From Anaeramoeba ignava BMAN (lineage: Eukaryota > Protista > Anaeramoebae): DNA of 64,000 nucleotides. The position numbers were made by a program, and so were the translations under genes. The notes below the pieces were generated by a model that worked only from the letters and a program-made list of their open reading frames with translations, searched no databases and had not been told where the DNA came from. Of the stretch, positions 38,893-49,495 are shown one piece after another (position 1 is the stretch's first letter; each line of letters opens with the position of its first letter). The stretch is taken from assembly GCA_028826165.1 (NCBI GenBank), contig JAPDFW010000102.1, positions 162,256-226,255 on the forward strand, written 5' to 3'.

Positions 38893-40131
38893 TTAAATAG
38901 AAACTATCAAATCCAATTCAACAGGTGCATTCAAAGGAAGAGAACTAACACCAATAGCACAACGAGTATGGACTCCTTTATCACCAAAAATTTTCTGAAT
39001 CAATTCACTTGCACCATTAGCAACTTTATGTTGATCATTAAAATTCTGAGAAGAACTCACAAAAACATTGCATCGCACAACACGTTTAATTCTATCCAAA
39101 GAACCAATCTCATTTTTAATAGCAGCTAAGGCATTTACAGTTGCAATTTGAGCACATTTTTGAGCTTGTTCTAAATTGACTTTTTCCGGCACAATTCCTT
39201 CCCCAAATAATTTCCCATTCTGAGTAGGTAGTTGCCCAGATGTGAATATAAAACTGCCAATCTTCAAAGCAGGTGTATATATCCCTGCTGCTTTGGCTGG
39301 TTGTGGTAATTCAAACCCAAGATTTTTAAGATTGTTTTCTACAATTGAATTTTGACTGTGATTTTCAATTAAAATTTTTTTGTCAGTTTTTTCCGTTATA
39401 ATTGATTCTGGATCAATTTCAATTAAATCGTTTGTAATCTTCTTAACTTTCTCTCCCTTTTTCTTTAGGATTTCTTCAATATTTCTTTCTTTTTCATCTA
39501 AATTTGCAAACCATCCAAGATTATCTGCAATTAAATGTAAATTTTGACATCTTGGACATCTTATTATTACAACTCCTTTATTATATGCTAATTCACTAAT
39601 GGTGTGGCCAGATCGTTTTGAGCATTTCTTGTGAAATTATTTTTAAAAGTAAAAAGTTGAGTTTAAATTTAAAATCTTGATCAAGTTTTTTTAAAATTAA
39701 AAAATTCTCCTTTTTTAATTGATTTTTGTTTTTTTAAATTTTTGTTTTTTCTCCTTTTGTTTTGTTTTTTTACTTTGCAAGTGAAAATTATAAACATTTG
39801 ACTTTTTGTTTTTGAATTTTCTTGATTTAAATTTCCTTTTTCAATTGAACTTGAATACATTTTTTTTAATAAAGATTTTTCTTCTAAATTTTTTTCCGAT
39901 TTTAATTTTGAATTTGATTTTGAATTTGAATTTGAATTTGAATTTGATTTTGATTTTGAAATTAAAGAAGAAATTGTTTTTGGAAGAAATTTTGAAGGCT
40001 TTTTTTTTAATTTTAAATTATTATTAAAATTAATTTTCAAATGTTTTTATTTTTTTTGATTTTGTAAATGTCATAATTGTTACTGAAAAAGAAAATTGTT
40101 TTATTAATTGATTTGAATTTAATTGAAGCAT
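38893..40131 (-). CDS. DNL zinc finger (Hep1/Zim17/Tim15-like) fused to a RidA/YjgF-family domain, with putative organellar presequence; 3 exons, ~335 aa
   Basis: Exons 40131-40084, 39998-39774 and 39627-38893. [44 protein letters not shown] (zf-DNL) continues without a stop into [48 protein letters not shown] (Rid family). Confidence 0.9.
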
Positions 40132-40215
40132 TTTTTGTTGATTTATTTTTGTTGATTTGAAAAAAAAAATGAAAAAAAATTTTTTTCATTTTTTCTTTCA
40201 TTTTTTTTTTAAATT
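40132..40215. promoter_or_regulatory. Probable compact bidirectional promoter
   Basis: Only 84 bp separate the divergent ATGs at 40131 (-) and 40216 (+); A tracts are followed by T tracts. Confidence 0.5.
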
Positions 40216-43200
40216 ATGAAAACTTATTCTCAAAAAATTTTAAATCAAAAAATTGAAGAGAATTTCAATAACAATTTATTTTTTCCAAGTTTTCCTGAAG
40301 GTTGTTTAGGAAATTCAGGAGGAATTTTTATTGAAAATTTAAATCAAAAATTGAATCAAAAAGAAAATGAAAAAGAAAAAGAAAATTTGAATGAAAATTT
40401 TTATGTTGAAATTATTAACAAAATCAATTTAAATAAAGAAGCAAAAAAAAAACAGAACAAAAAAAAACTAAAAAAACAAAAATCAATTGAAAATTTGGAA
40501 CTTAAATTTACAAAATATTTTCAATTACTTCAAAATGGAAAAAATTCAAATCCAAAAAATCAAATCAATAAAATGGAAGAAATGGAAATTAAATCAACAA
40601 AAAACCAAAAGGGGATTTTGAATGGAATGATGGATTTCCCTGGTATTTTGGAATGTATAGGATTTGTGGAGAAAGAAGACAACGTTTATTTATTTTATAA
40701 TCATCACAAAAACAATTTACAAACAACATTGCAATTTTCACCATCATTTTTAAACAATTACACATTCAAGCTATTTGTAATGTATCAGATATTAAGGAGC
40801 ATTTCCCATCTGCACGAAAATGGATGGGCTCATGGATGTTTATCACCATCAAATTTCATCTTTACTTTTGAACAGGAATGTTTTATTAAAATGTCGCTTT
40901 TCACAAGCATTAAAATGGATCCAAATTTTGTGGAGATCCACAACTCAATGACTCAAAGATGGAGCTTTGGAGAAATCACAAATTTTGAGTATATTATGTA
41001 TATCAATCAATGCTGTGGGAAGCACACAAATGATCCTTATAATTTCCCAATTTTACCTTGGGTCACTAATTTTTCTCAAAACCCTTTGAATCTAATTGAA
41101 ATTTTTGAAGAAGCAGAAAAAGATCCCGAAAAACACAAGGATCTGCCAAGTTTGCAAACCGAAATGAACAAAGTTTTCCGAAATTTGCAATATTCAAAAA
41201 TACGTTTGGCAAAGGGAGACCAAATGCTGGATTTTTTATACAAAACAAACGGATACCACATTTCAGAAAACTCGTCTGATTTATCCTATTTTATATACAA
41301 GGCAAGAAGAACCCCTATTTATTTACTCCGCAATTTTGTGCGCAAAGAATATAATCCAAATGAATTCCCAATATCAATGGAAAGACTGTATAATTGGTCT
41401 TCTGAGGAATGCATCCCAGAGTTTTTCACAGATCCATCAATCTTCATCTCAATTCACAGCGATATGCAAAGCCTAAAAATACCCGATTGGACTTCTTCTT
41501 ATGAGGAATTCTGCAAAATTCACATGCAAATTCTTGAAAGTGATTTTGTTTCATTGAATATTCACGAGTGGATCAACCTAAATTTTGGATATAAATTATC
41601 TGGAGATGCTGCAATTTCTGCAAAAAATCTTGTCAAATTAAACCAAAAATCAATGGCTTCTTGCGGGTTTGTTCAATTGTTTCAGCATCCCCATCCACGC
41701 CGCATCAAAGGAAGAAATGGCAATTTCTTGGTTGATATTTTTGAGAAATATACCCAAAAAATCCAAGAAATGGAGGAAATGAAGAAAATGAAAGAATCGC
41801 AAAAAAATCAAGAAATGCAGAAAATGCAAGAATTCCAGAAAAATCAAGACATGCAGTTTAAACTGAATTCACAATCCCAAAATTCAAAATCAGACTCTTT
41901 CCTTCCTCGAATCCATTTGAAAAAAAGCAAGAGAAAAAGAAAAAAGGATAAAAAGTTTTCCAAATCATCTGCTCAAGTAAATATTTTTGATTCATTGAAC
42001 TCTGAAATGTCCATTCAAAGAATAATTTCAAATTCAATTAGTACTTCTTATTCTTCAATTTCAACCCCAAAAGTCAGGTTCAAAAATATCACTCCAAAAA
42101 CTTTTGATCCTGATCTTGAATTTTCCGATCCAGAAGACCTAATTGAATCAAATATCAATGATTTGAATTCCAAAGAATTTCCAACAAATATGCAGATGAA
42201 TTTCTCGCCTAATTTGGTTTTTTATCAAAAATCTCCAATCGGAGATGATGGAAATGATGAAAATGAAGCATTTGAAACCAAAAAATCCCGTGATTATTTT
42301 GCTCTTGGATGTATTTTTGCAGAATTGTTTATTGGACAACCCTTTTTGACCCATTTTACTCGTTATTCATATAAAGAAAGAACGCAACTCATTGAGAAAC
42401 TCCCGCACAAAATTTACAGGATCATTTCTTTCTTATTAAATTTTTCGAATGAAGAAACCAATCTCGAAGATATTATTGAAAACCCAAAAAATTTCCCAAT
42501 CCATTTTAAATGGATGATAAATTTCATTTCAAATGTCCATGATATCGGGGATTTGTCTGGACAACTAACCTATATCCATGACCACATGAGCAATATATTG
42601 GAATTATCTCAAGAATGCCGCAAAATCATAGTTCCAGTTTTGCTAAAATTTTTTGATTTCAAGCAAACAACACTTATTGAGGAATACAAAATGGTGAATA
42701 TATTCAGGGTTTTGATGGAAATTGTTGGCAAAGGACACACACAAAAAAAGATTCTCCCAATGCTCAGGTTTTTAATACAAGGAACAAGGGACGCACAAGC
42801 TTTAAAGGAATTTTTGAGTCCCGATTTTGCAGAAGAAATCAGATATTATTTCGGAAACACAATCTTCTTTCACGAGTTTATTCCTTTAGTGATCACTGGT
42901 TTTTACTCGCAAAAAACTGATATTATTGAATGCACTTGCAATTTTCTTTTGGATATTTCGCTGCAAATGGACTTGTTTTTGTTGTTGAAATTTATTGTGA
43001 AGCCAATGCTCAAATTAGTTGAGGAAAGGAAGTGTGTCCAAGCAGTGAATTTACTGAATCAAATTATTGGGAAGAATTTGGATCATAAAGTGTTTATTGC
43101 TCAAACATACAAATATTTGTTGGAATTAATTAAAAGGGAGAATTTCTTCCAAAATGCAAATAGTGAGTATAAGTTGGAGAATTTTTTGGAAATTTCCTCG

Positions 43201-44964
43201 AAAATTGGGTATCAATTAGAAGCAAGTTTCTTGATTGATTTAATTCAAAATCGATATTTTGATAATTTACTATCCTTATTGTCAAAGCAGATTGTTTATT
43301 CCAATGATTCCACATTGAAAAAGCTTTGCAACCATTTTTTGACAATAGGATCTAAAATTGGAGTTGAAGCAACAATCCAATTTTTATTCCCGACACTTGA
43401 TATATTATTTTCATTTTTTGTAGTTATTTGGAGTCCTTATGTCGAATCATATAATTCTATAAATTTAAATTTAAATGAAAATGAAAATGAAAATTTAGAT
43501 TTAAATAATGGAAATGAAGATGAAAATTTAGAAAATGAAAATTTAGATAATGAAAATTTAGATAATGAAAATCAAAAATATATCATCCAAGAAAATTATT
43601 CAAATCAAGAAAATTATTTAGTTAATCAAAATAACTTAATTGACGACTTCGAAATACAGAATGAAAACGAACTCACATCTTTCAAAAAACTCCCAATAAC
43701 AGAAAATCGGGAGACTTATAAAAACCAGTTCACACACGAACTTGCATACAACATTGTATCAATGCTAAGATCATACATTTCGCACGAACTACTTGAAGAA
43801 AAATTATCCTATTATGATTTTATGGAAAAATTTTTAGACACTCACCATTTTATGAAATCACTAAGATTAGCATTAGAAACCTTTCCAACACCAAATGAAA
43901 AGCAGGAAAAACACAAAAAACAAGAGAGAACAGGATTCACATCAGGATTTTCTGATGACGAAGAAGTAAAGGACTCACTTGCATGCATTCCCGAAAGTGT
44001 TTTGCAAACGGGTTTGGATAATTGGGAAATACAGGGCGAAATCAAGGACACCATTAAGGCGCATGCCACAGTGATTCGCTCTATTGATTGCGATGAGAAT
44101 AGTATTTGTTTTGTAACAGGCTCTAAAGATGGCTCGGCCAAAATATGGAAATTGGGACAAAAATCCCCAATCCAAACTATATCATGTGGACATTCAATTC
44201 AAAAAGCAATTTATACAAAAGCAAACTCAAATGTCGCTGTTTGCGACTATAGAATAAGGCTTTTTGATATCGAAACCGGCGCTAAAACTCAAGATTTTTC
44301 ATTCGAATCCGCAAAACAATCACTTACTTTTTCTTATCTTCAAAATCACGAATCAATCGCAAGTTTGACAAACCAAAACACAATCGCATTGTTCGACATC
44401 AGAGCGGATCGTCAGTCTTTGGAATGGCTTCTTCCGACCAAAATCTCAAGCCAATACCATTCAATCGATAGTGATCACATTGGCTCCTGGTTTATTAGCG
44501 TGGGATCAAAAGATGGTGATGTCATCACTTATGATTCTCGAATGGGTGTTATTTTGGATTTCTGGAAAGCAGAAGTTGCCAAGCTTACAAATGTTTTGTT
44601 TGCTCATGATAATATCTCTAATGTTCTATTGTCATCTTCTCGTCGTTCTATTAATTCTTGGGATATTTCTTCTCAAAATGTCGAGAAGATTTTTGGATCG
44701 TCTTTTCCGTTAAAAATTGATTTTCTTCCTTTTGATGATGATATTAATTGTTTTACTTCTTTTAATAATCATTTATTTATTGGTTCTTCTCAGTTTCTTC
44801 ATGTTCGTTCTTTTAAGTTGAATTCTAGACAAAAAGTTAATTCTTCTCCTTATTATTCTAAGAAGATTGATGAAATTGGGCAAACTTCATCGATTAATAT
44901 ATTTAAAACTCATAAATCTATTCTTATTGGGAATAAAGAAGGGAATCTTTTTGTTTGTGTTTAA
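40216..44964 (+). CDS. WDR81: WDR81/LvsG/GFS12-like protein (pseudokinase, BEACH, helical region, WD40)
   Basis: Intronless 1582 aa. LFVMYQIL..LHENGWAHGCLSPSN (kinase-like); W..GEITNFEYIMYIN..PILPWVTNF..RLAKGDQMLD..ECIPEFFTDPSIF..HEWINLNFGYKLSGDAA..HPHPRR (WDR81-type BEACH); DYFALG; C-terminal WD40 (FVTGSKDGSAKIW). Confidence 0.9.
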   Translation: MKTYSQKILNQKIEENFNNNLFFPSFPEGCLGNSGGIFIENLNQKLNQKENEKEKENLNENFYVEIINKINLNKEAKKKQNKKKLKKQKSIENLELKFTKYFQLLQNGKNSNPKNQINKMEEMEIKSTKNQKGILNGMMDFPGILECIGFVEKEDNVYLFYNHHKNNLQTTLQFSPSFLNNYTFKLFVMYQILRSISHLHENGWAHGCLSPSNFIFTFEQECFIKMSLFTSIKMDPNFVEIHNSMTQRWSFGEITNFEYIMYINQCCGKHTNDPYNFPILPWVTNFSQNPLNLIEIFEEAEKDPEKHKDLPSLQTEMNKVFRNLQYSKIRLAKGDQMLDFLYKTNGYHISENSSDLSYFIYKARRTPIYLLRNFVRKEYNPNEFPISMERLYNWSSEECIPEFFTDPSIFISIHSDMQSLKIPDWTSSYEEFCKIHMQILESDFVSLNIHEWINLNFGYKLSGDAAISAKNLVKLNQKSMASCGFVQLFQHPHPRRIKGRNGNFLVDIFEKYTQKIQEMEEMKKMKESQKNQEMQKMQEFQKNQDMQFKLNSQSQNSKSDSFLPRIHLKKSKRKRKKDKKFSKSSAQVNIFDSLNSEMSIQRIISNSISTSYSSISTPKVRFKNITPKTFDPDLEFSDPEDLIESNINDLNSKEFPTNMQMNFSPNLVFYQKSPIGDDGNDENEAFETKKSRDYFALGCIFAELFIGQPFLTHFTRYSYKERTQLIEKLPHKIYRIISFLLNFSNEETNLEDIIENPKNFPIHFKWMINFISNVHDIGDLSGQLTYIHDHMSNILELSQECRKIIVPVLLKFFDFKQTTLIEEYKMVNIFRVLMEIVGKGHTQKKILPMLRFLIQGTRDAQALKEFLSPDFAEEIRYYFGNTIFFHEFIPLVITGFYSQKTDIIECTCNFLLDISLQMDLFLLLKFIVKPMLKLVEERKCVQAVNLLNQIIGKNLDHKVFIAQTYKYLLELIKRENFFQNANSEYKLENFLEISSKIGYQLEASFLIDLIQNRYFDNLLSLLSKQIVYSNDSTLKKLCNHFLTIGSKIGVEATIQFLFPTLDILFSFFVVIWSPYVESYNSINLNLNENENENLDLNNGNEDENLENENLDNENLDNENQKYIIQENYSNQENYLVNQNNLIDDFEIQNENELTSFKKLPITENRETYKNQFTHELAYNIVSMLRSYISHELLEEKLSYYDFMEKFLDTHHFMKSLRLALETFPTPNEKQEKHKKQERTGFTSGFSDDEEVKDSLACIPESVLQTGLDNWEIQGEIKDTIKAHATVIRSIDCDENSICFVTGSKDGSAKIWKLGQKSPIQTISCGHSIQKAIYTKANSNVAVCDYRIRLFDIETGAKTQDFSFESAKQSLTFSYLQNHESIASLTNQNTIALFDIRADRQSLEWLLPTKISSQYHSIDSDHIGSWFISVGSKDGDVITYDSRMGVILDFWKAEVAKLTNVLFAHDNISNVLLSSSRRSINSWDISSQNVEKIFGSSFPLKIDFLPFDDDINCFTSFNNHLFIGSSQFLHVRSFKLNSRQKVNSSPYYSKKIDEIGQTSSINIFKTHKSILIGNKEGNLFVCV

Positions 44965-45139
44965 ATTTTGATTTATTATAAGCTGGGGAATCATTTTAAA
45001 AAGAATAAATAAAATTAAAAACAAAATTTAAACAAAAAAATTTAAACAAAAATTTAAACAAAAATTTAAACAAAAATAAAATAAAAATAAAAAAATTTAA
45101 ACAAAAATTTAAACAAAAATTTAAACAAAATAAAAATAA

Positions 45140-45545
45140 AAATAAGAATAAAAAAAGTGGAATAAAAAATATTTAAATTAAAATTAAATTTTTATTTTCT
45201 TTTTTAAGAATAAAAATAAAATAAAATCATTTCAAAATAAAAATAAAAATAAGAATAAAAAAAGTGGAATAAAAAATATTTAAATTAAAATTAAATTTTT
45301 TATTTTCTTTTTTAGGAATAAAAATAGAATAAAATCATTTCAAAATAATAATATAAACAAAAATGAAATAAAAATAAGAATAAAAAAAGTGGAATAAAAA
45401 ATATTTAAATTAAAATTAAATTTTTATTTTCTTTTTCAAGAATAAAAATGAAATAAAATCATTTCAAAACAAAAATAAAAATAAGAATAAAAAAAGTGAA
45501 ATAAAAAATATTTAAATTGTATTTGATTTTTATTTTCTTTTTCAA
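45140..45545. repeat. Four copies of a ~110-125-bp unit between convergent genes
   Basis: AATAAGAATAAAAAAAGTG(G/A)AATAAAAAATATTTAAATT at ~45141, 45248, 45373 and 45480. Confidence 0.85.
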
Positions 45546-45659
45546 GAACAAAAAGAGAATAAAAAATATATCTAATTCAATCATTTTAAAAAAAAAATTA
45601 AAGAAGAAATTTAAAAAGAATTTTAAAAAGAAATTTAAAAAGAAATTTAAAAAGAAAAA

Positions 45660-47674
45660 TTAATCATCATCAAAAGTAATTTTCTTTCCTTCAAATTTAT
45701 GAATACCAGCTAAAGCTTTTGGTTTATCTTGTTGAGCAGAACGATTTCTTGGATTTGATCTATTAAATCTTTGATTTTGATTTTGATTTTGATTTTGAAA
45801 TCTTGGATTCGATCTATTAAATCTTTGATTTTGATTTTGATTTCGATTTTGATTTTGATTTTGATTTTGTGATTTTTGTCCTGAAAAATTAACTTTAATT
45901 GGTCTTCCTAATAATGATTCTCCATCTCTTTTACATGCTTCCTCTGCTCCTTCTTGTGTTGAAAATTCTACAAAACCAAATCCTCTTGAACGTTGATCTT
46001 GATCAAATTTAACTGATGCATTACTTTTTATTTTTAAATTAAAATTAAATTAAATTAAATTAAATTAAATATGTTAAATTTAAATTAAATTATTTTGTTT
46101 TAATTAAATTAAATTAAATATTTTTAAATTAAATTAAATTATTTTGTTTTAATTAAATTAAATTAAATTAAATTAAATTAAATTAAATTAAATTAAATTA
46201 AATTAAATTAAATTAAATTAAATATGTTTAAGTTAAATTAAATTAAATTAAATTAAATATGTTAAATTTAAATAAAATTAAATTAAATTAAATTAAATTA
46301 AATTAAATTAAATTAAATTAAATTAAATTAAATTAAATTAAATTAAATTAAATATGTTAAATTAAATTAAATTAAATTAAATTAAATATGTTTAAGTTAA
46401 ATTAAATTAAATTAAATTAAATTAAATATGTTTGGATTGATTTTCCATACACAATTTCTCCACAATCACTGAAAAATTCATATAAATCATTATCTGTCGC
46501 TCTGAAAGAAAGTGAACCAATAAAAACTTCTCTATTATTTTTATTACCTTGATTGAAAGAACGAGGAGTATTTGTTCTTTCTCTTTTATCATCTTGTCTA
46601 AAAGGTGAAAGATCTTGTTTTCTTTTTTTATTTTGATTTTGATTTTGATTTTGATTTTGATTTTGATTTTGATTTTGGAAATTTTGCTTGTTTTTTGGTT
46701 TTGATTTTGGTTTTTCATCTTCACTTGAAGTTGTTGAAGTTTCTGAAGAATCTGTTTCTTCTTTTTCTTCAACTTTTGCTTGTTCAACTTTTTTTGGTTC
46801 AACTTTTTTAACTTCTTTATTATCATCTTCATCATCACTTGAAGTTGTTGAAGTTTCTGAATCTGATTCTTCTTTTTGATTAACTTTTTTTGCTGATTCA
46901 ACTTTTTTTGCCGGTGAAATTTTTGTTGGTTCAACTTTTTTAACTTCTTCTTCATCACTTGAAGTTTCTGAAGTTTCTGAATCTGATTCTTCTTTTTCAA
47001 CTTTTTTTTGAACTTGAACTTGTTGAACTTGTTTTGGTTGTTCATCTTCATCTTCACTTGAAGTTGTTGTAGTTTCTGAATCTGATTCTTCTTTTTGATT
47101 AACTTTTTTTGCTGATTCAACTTTTTTTGCCGGTGAAATTTTTGCTGGTTCAACTTTTTTAACTTCTTCTTCATCACTTGAAGTTTCTGAAGTTTCTGAA
47201 TCTGATTCTTCAACAACCATTTGATTAGTTTTTTGTTCAATTTGTTTTTGTTGTTGAATTTGTGGTTTTTTTTCTTTTTCTTCTTCTTCATCACTTGAAG
47301 TTTCTGATTCTGATTCTGATTCTTTTTCTTTTTTTATTATTTCAATTTTTTTTGTTTCTGTTTTTCCATAAATTTCTAACTGTTTTTGTTGTTGTTCAAT
47401 TTGTTTTTGTTGTAATTCAATTTGCTTTTGTTGTTGTTCAATTTGTTTTTGTTGTTGTTCAATTTGTTTTTGTTGTAATTCAATTTGTTTTTGTTGTTTT
47501 TCTGTTAAATCAAGACTTTTTTTATTTTTTTTTTTGATTTTCTTTGATTTTTTTTCTTTATTTTTTAATAACAAAAAATTTTAAAAAGAAAATAATTTTT
47601 TTTTTTAAAACATTTTTCTATTTATATTTTATTATTTTTTTTATTTTTAAAATGAATTTTAACTTACGATCCAT
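45660..47674 (-). CDS. Nucleolin/Nsr1-like RNA-binding protein (acidic-serine repeats, single RRM)
   Basis: Alternating EESDSETSETSSDEEE and basic ISPAKK blocks; RRM split by intron ~46024-46449 (VFIGSLSF..RSRGFGFVEF..GRPIKVNFS); C-terminal FEGKKITFDDD* as in Nsr1 and plant nucleolin. Start inferred from ATGGATC|GTAAGT at 47674-47668; the first acceptor is uncertain. Confidence 0.75.
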
Positions 47675-47826
47675 TGTTTTAAAAAAATAAGGAAAAAGAA
47701 AAAAAATGAAAAAAAAAATTAAAAAAATTTTTTTTCTTTTTAATTTTATTTTTTTTTAATTTATTTTCATATTTTTTTATATACATATATTTTTATATAT
47801 AAATTTCTTTTTTTTTTTTTAATTTT

Positions 47827-49358
47827 TTATTTTTTAAAGAATTCTGTTATTTGAGTTTGTTTAAAATGTTTTTCTTTTTCTTTATTTTTTTGATTTGAAT
47901 TTTGATTTGAATTTTGATTTGAATTTTGATTTAAATTTTGATTTGAATTTTGATTTAAATTTTGATTTGAATTTTGTTTTTGGATTTGAAAATTAAAAGA
48001 TTCTAAAGTTGTTGATTGATTTGGTTCTTTTCTTTTAACATTTTTTCTTTTTGATTTTTTGATTTGATTTTTTGGATCTTGATTATTTGATTTTGATTTA
48101 TTATTTGATTTTGATTTTGATTTTGATTTTGATTTTGATTTTGATTTTGATTTTTTATTTGATTTTTTATTTGAATTTTTATTTGATTTTGATTTTGATT
48201 TTGATTTTGATTTTGATTTATTATTTGATTTTGATTTTGATTTTTCATTTTGTTTTTCATTTTGTTTTTCATTTTCATTTTCATTTTCATTTTCATTTTC
48301 ATTTTGTTTTTGTTTTTGTTTTTGTTTTTCATTTTCATTTTGATTTTCATTTTGATTTTCATTTTGATTTTCATTTACATTTTGTTTTTCATTTTCATTT
48401 TGATTTTGATTTTCATTTTCATTTTCATTTTGATTTTCATTTTGTTTTTCATTTACATTTGATTTGGAATTTGATTTAGATTTCGTTTTATTCCATTCCC
48501 ATATTTTTTTCTCTTGATCTTTCTTGATATTTCGAACTAAATCATCTTGTAAATTCCGAAAAACTTCTTCATTTTGTTTTTCACTTTCATTTTGAAGTTG
48601 TAATTGATAATGTTTCATTTTTATTTCCTTTTCAACATTATCTAATTCTTGTTGTAAACTTTTTCTTTTTGTTTTCAATTTCGAATTTTTTTGATTATTT
48701 TTTTTGCAAATTTTTGGATCGTTTCCATTTTTTGTTTTTCTTCGTTTTTTTTCACTTGAATGATTCGAAAATGTTTCAATTTCATCAATTTTTTCATCTT
48801 TAATAATTTTTAACTCATTTTTTCCATCTTCTTCAATATCATCATTTTCCATTTTCTGATAAATTTCTTGAAATTCATCAATATCTTCAATTCTTGAATT
48901 ATATTTTTGATTAAAATTTATTTCTTCAATTTCATCTTTTTGATTTAAATTTTTTTTAAAATTTTGATTTGATTTTTGATTTAAATCTTTTTTTGAAGTG
49001 ATTGAATAAATTTGACAGATTTTTAAATTGGAAAATTTTTGTTTTGCTTCCTCTAAATTTGTAAAAGGAATTAATTCAATAATTTCGTTTCCATTAATAA
49101 TTCCTGAAAGAAAATAAATAGCTTCAAAAAATTCTTGATTTTGTTGATAAATTGATTCTAAAATTCTGATTAAAAAAAAATTTTGTTTTTTTGTGTTTTT
49201 TTTTATAAATATTTTTATTTCAAATTGTTTTAATTAATTAATTAAACAAACCTAACAGAAGAATTTGTAGAAATTGCAAAATTACTTGAAATATCACTAA
49301 CCGTTAATTTTTGATATTTTATTAATAAATTTTTAATTAATTTTTCATATTCATTCAT
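47827..49358 (-). CDS. POLD3: DNA polymerase delta subunit 3 (Pol32/Cdc27-like), 2 exons
   Basis: N-terminal KLTVSDISSNFAISTNSSVR/ILESI..AIYFLSG..QIYSI resembles the Cdc27 winged helix; long low-complexity linker; terminal PIP box KQTQITEFFKK*. Confidence 0.72.
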
Positions 49359-49495
49359 TTTTAAAAGGAAAAATTAATTAAATAAAGTTTTTGTTGTTTA
49401 AATATAAAATAAAAAATTTTTAAAAAATAAAGAAGAAAATGAAAATTTTTTTTTCCATTTTTTTTTCATTTTTTTTAATTAATAAAATAATCAAT

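Noticed and set aside
41066-44713. Several 60-99-aa antisense or alternative-frame ORFs inside WDR81
   Set aside because: No recognisable motifs; expected by chance in the more GC-rich interior of a long CDS.
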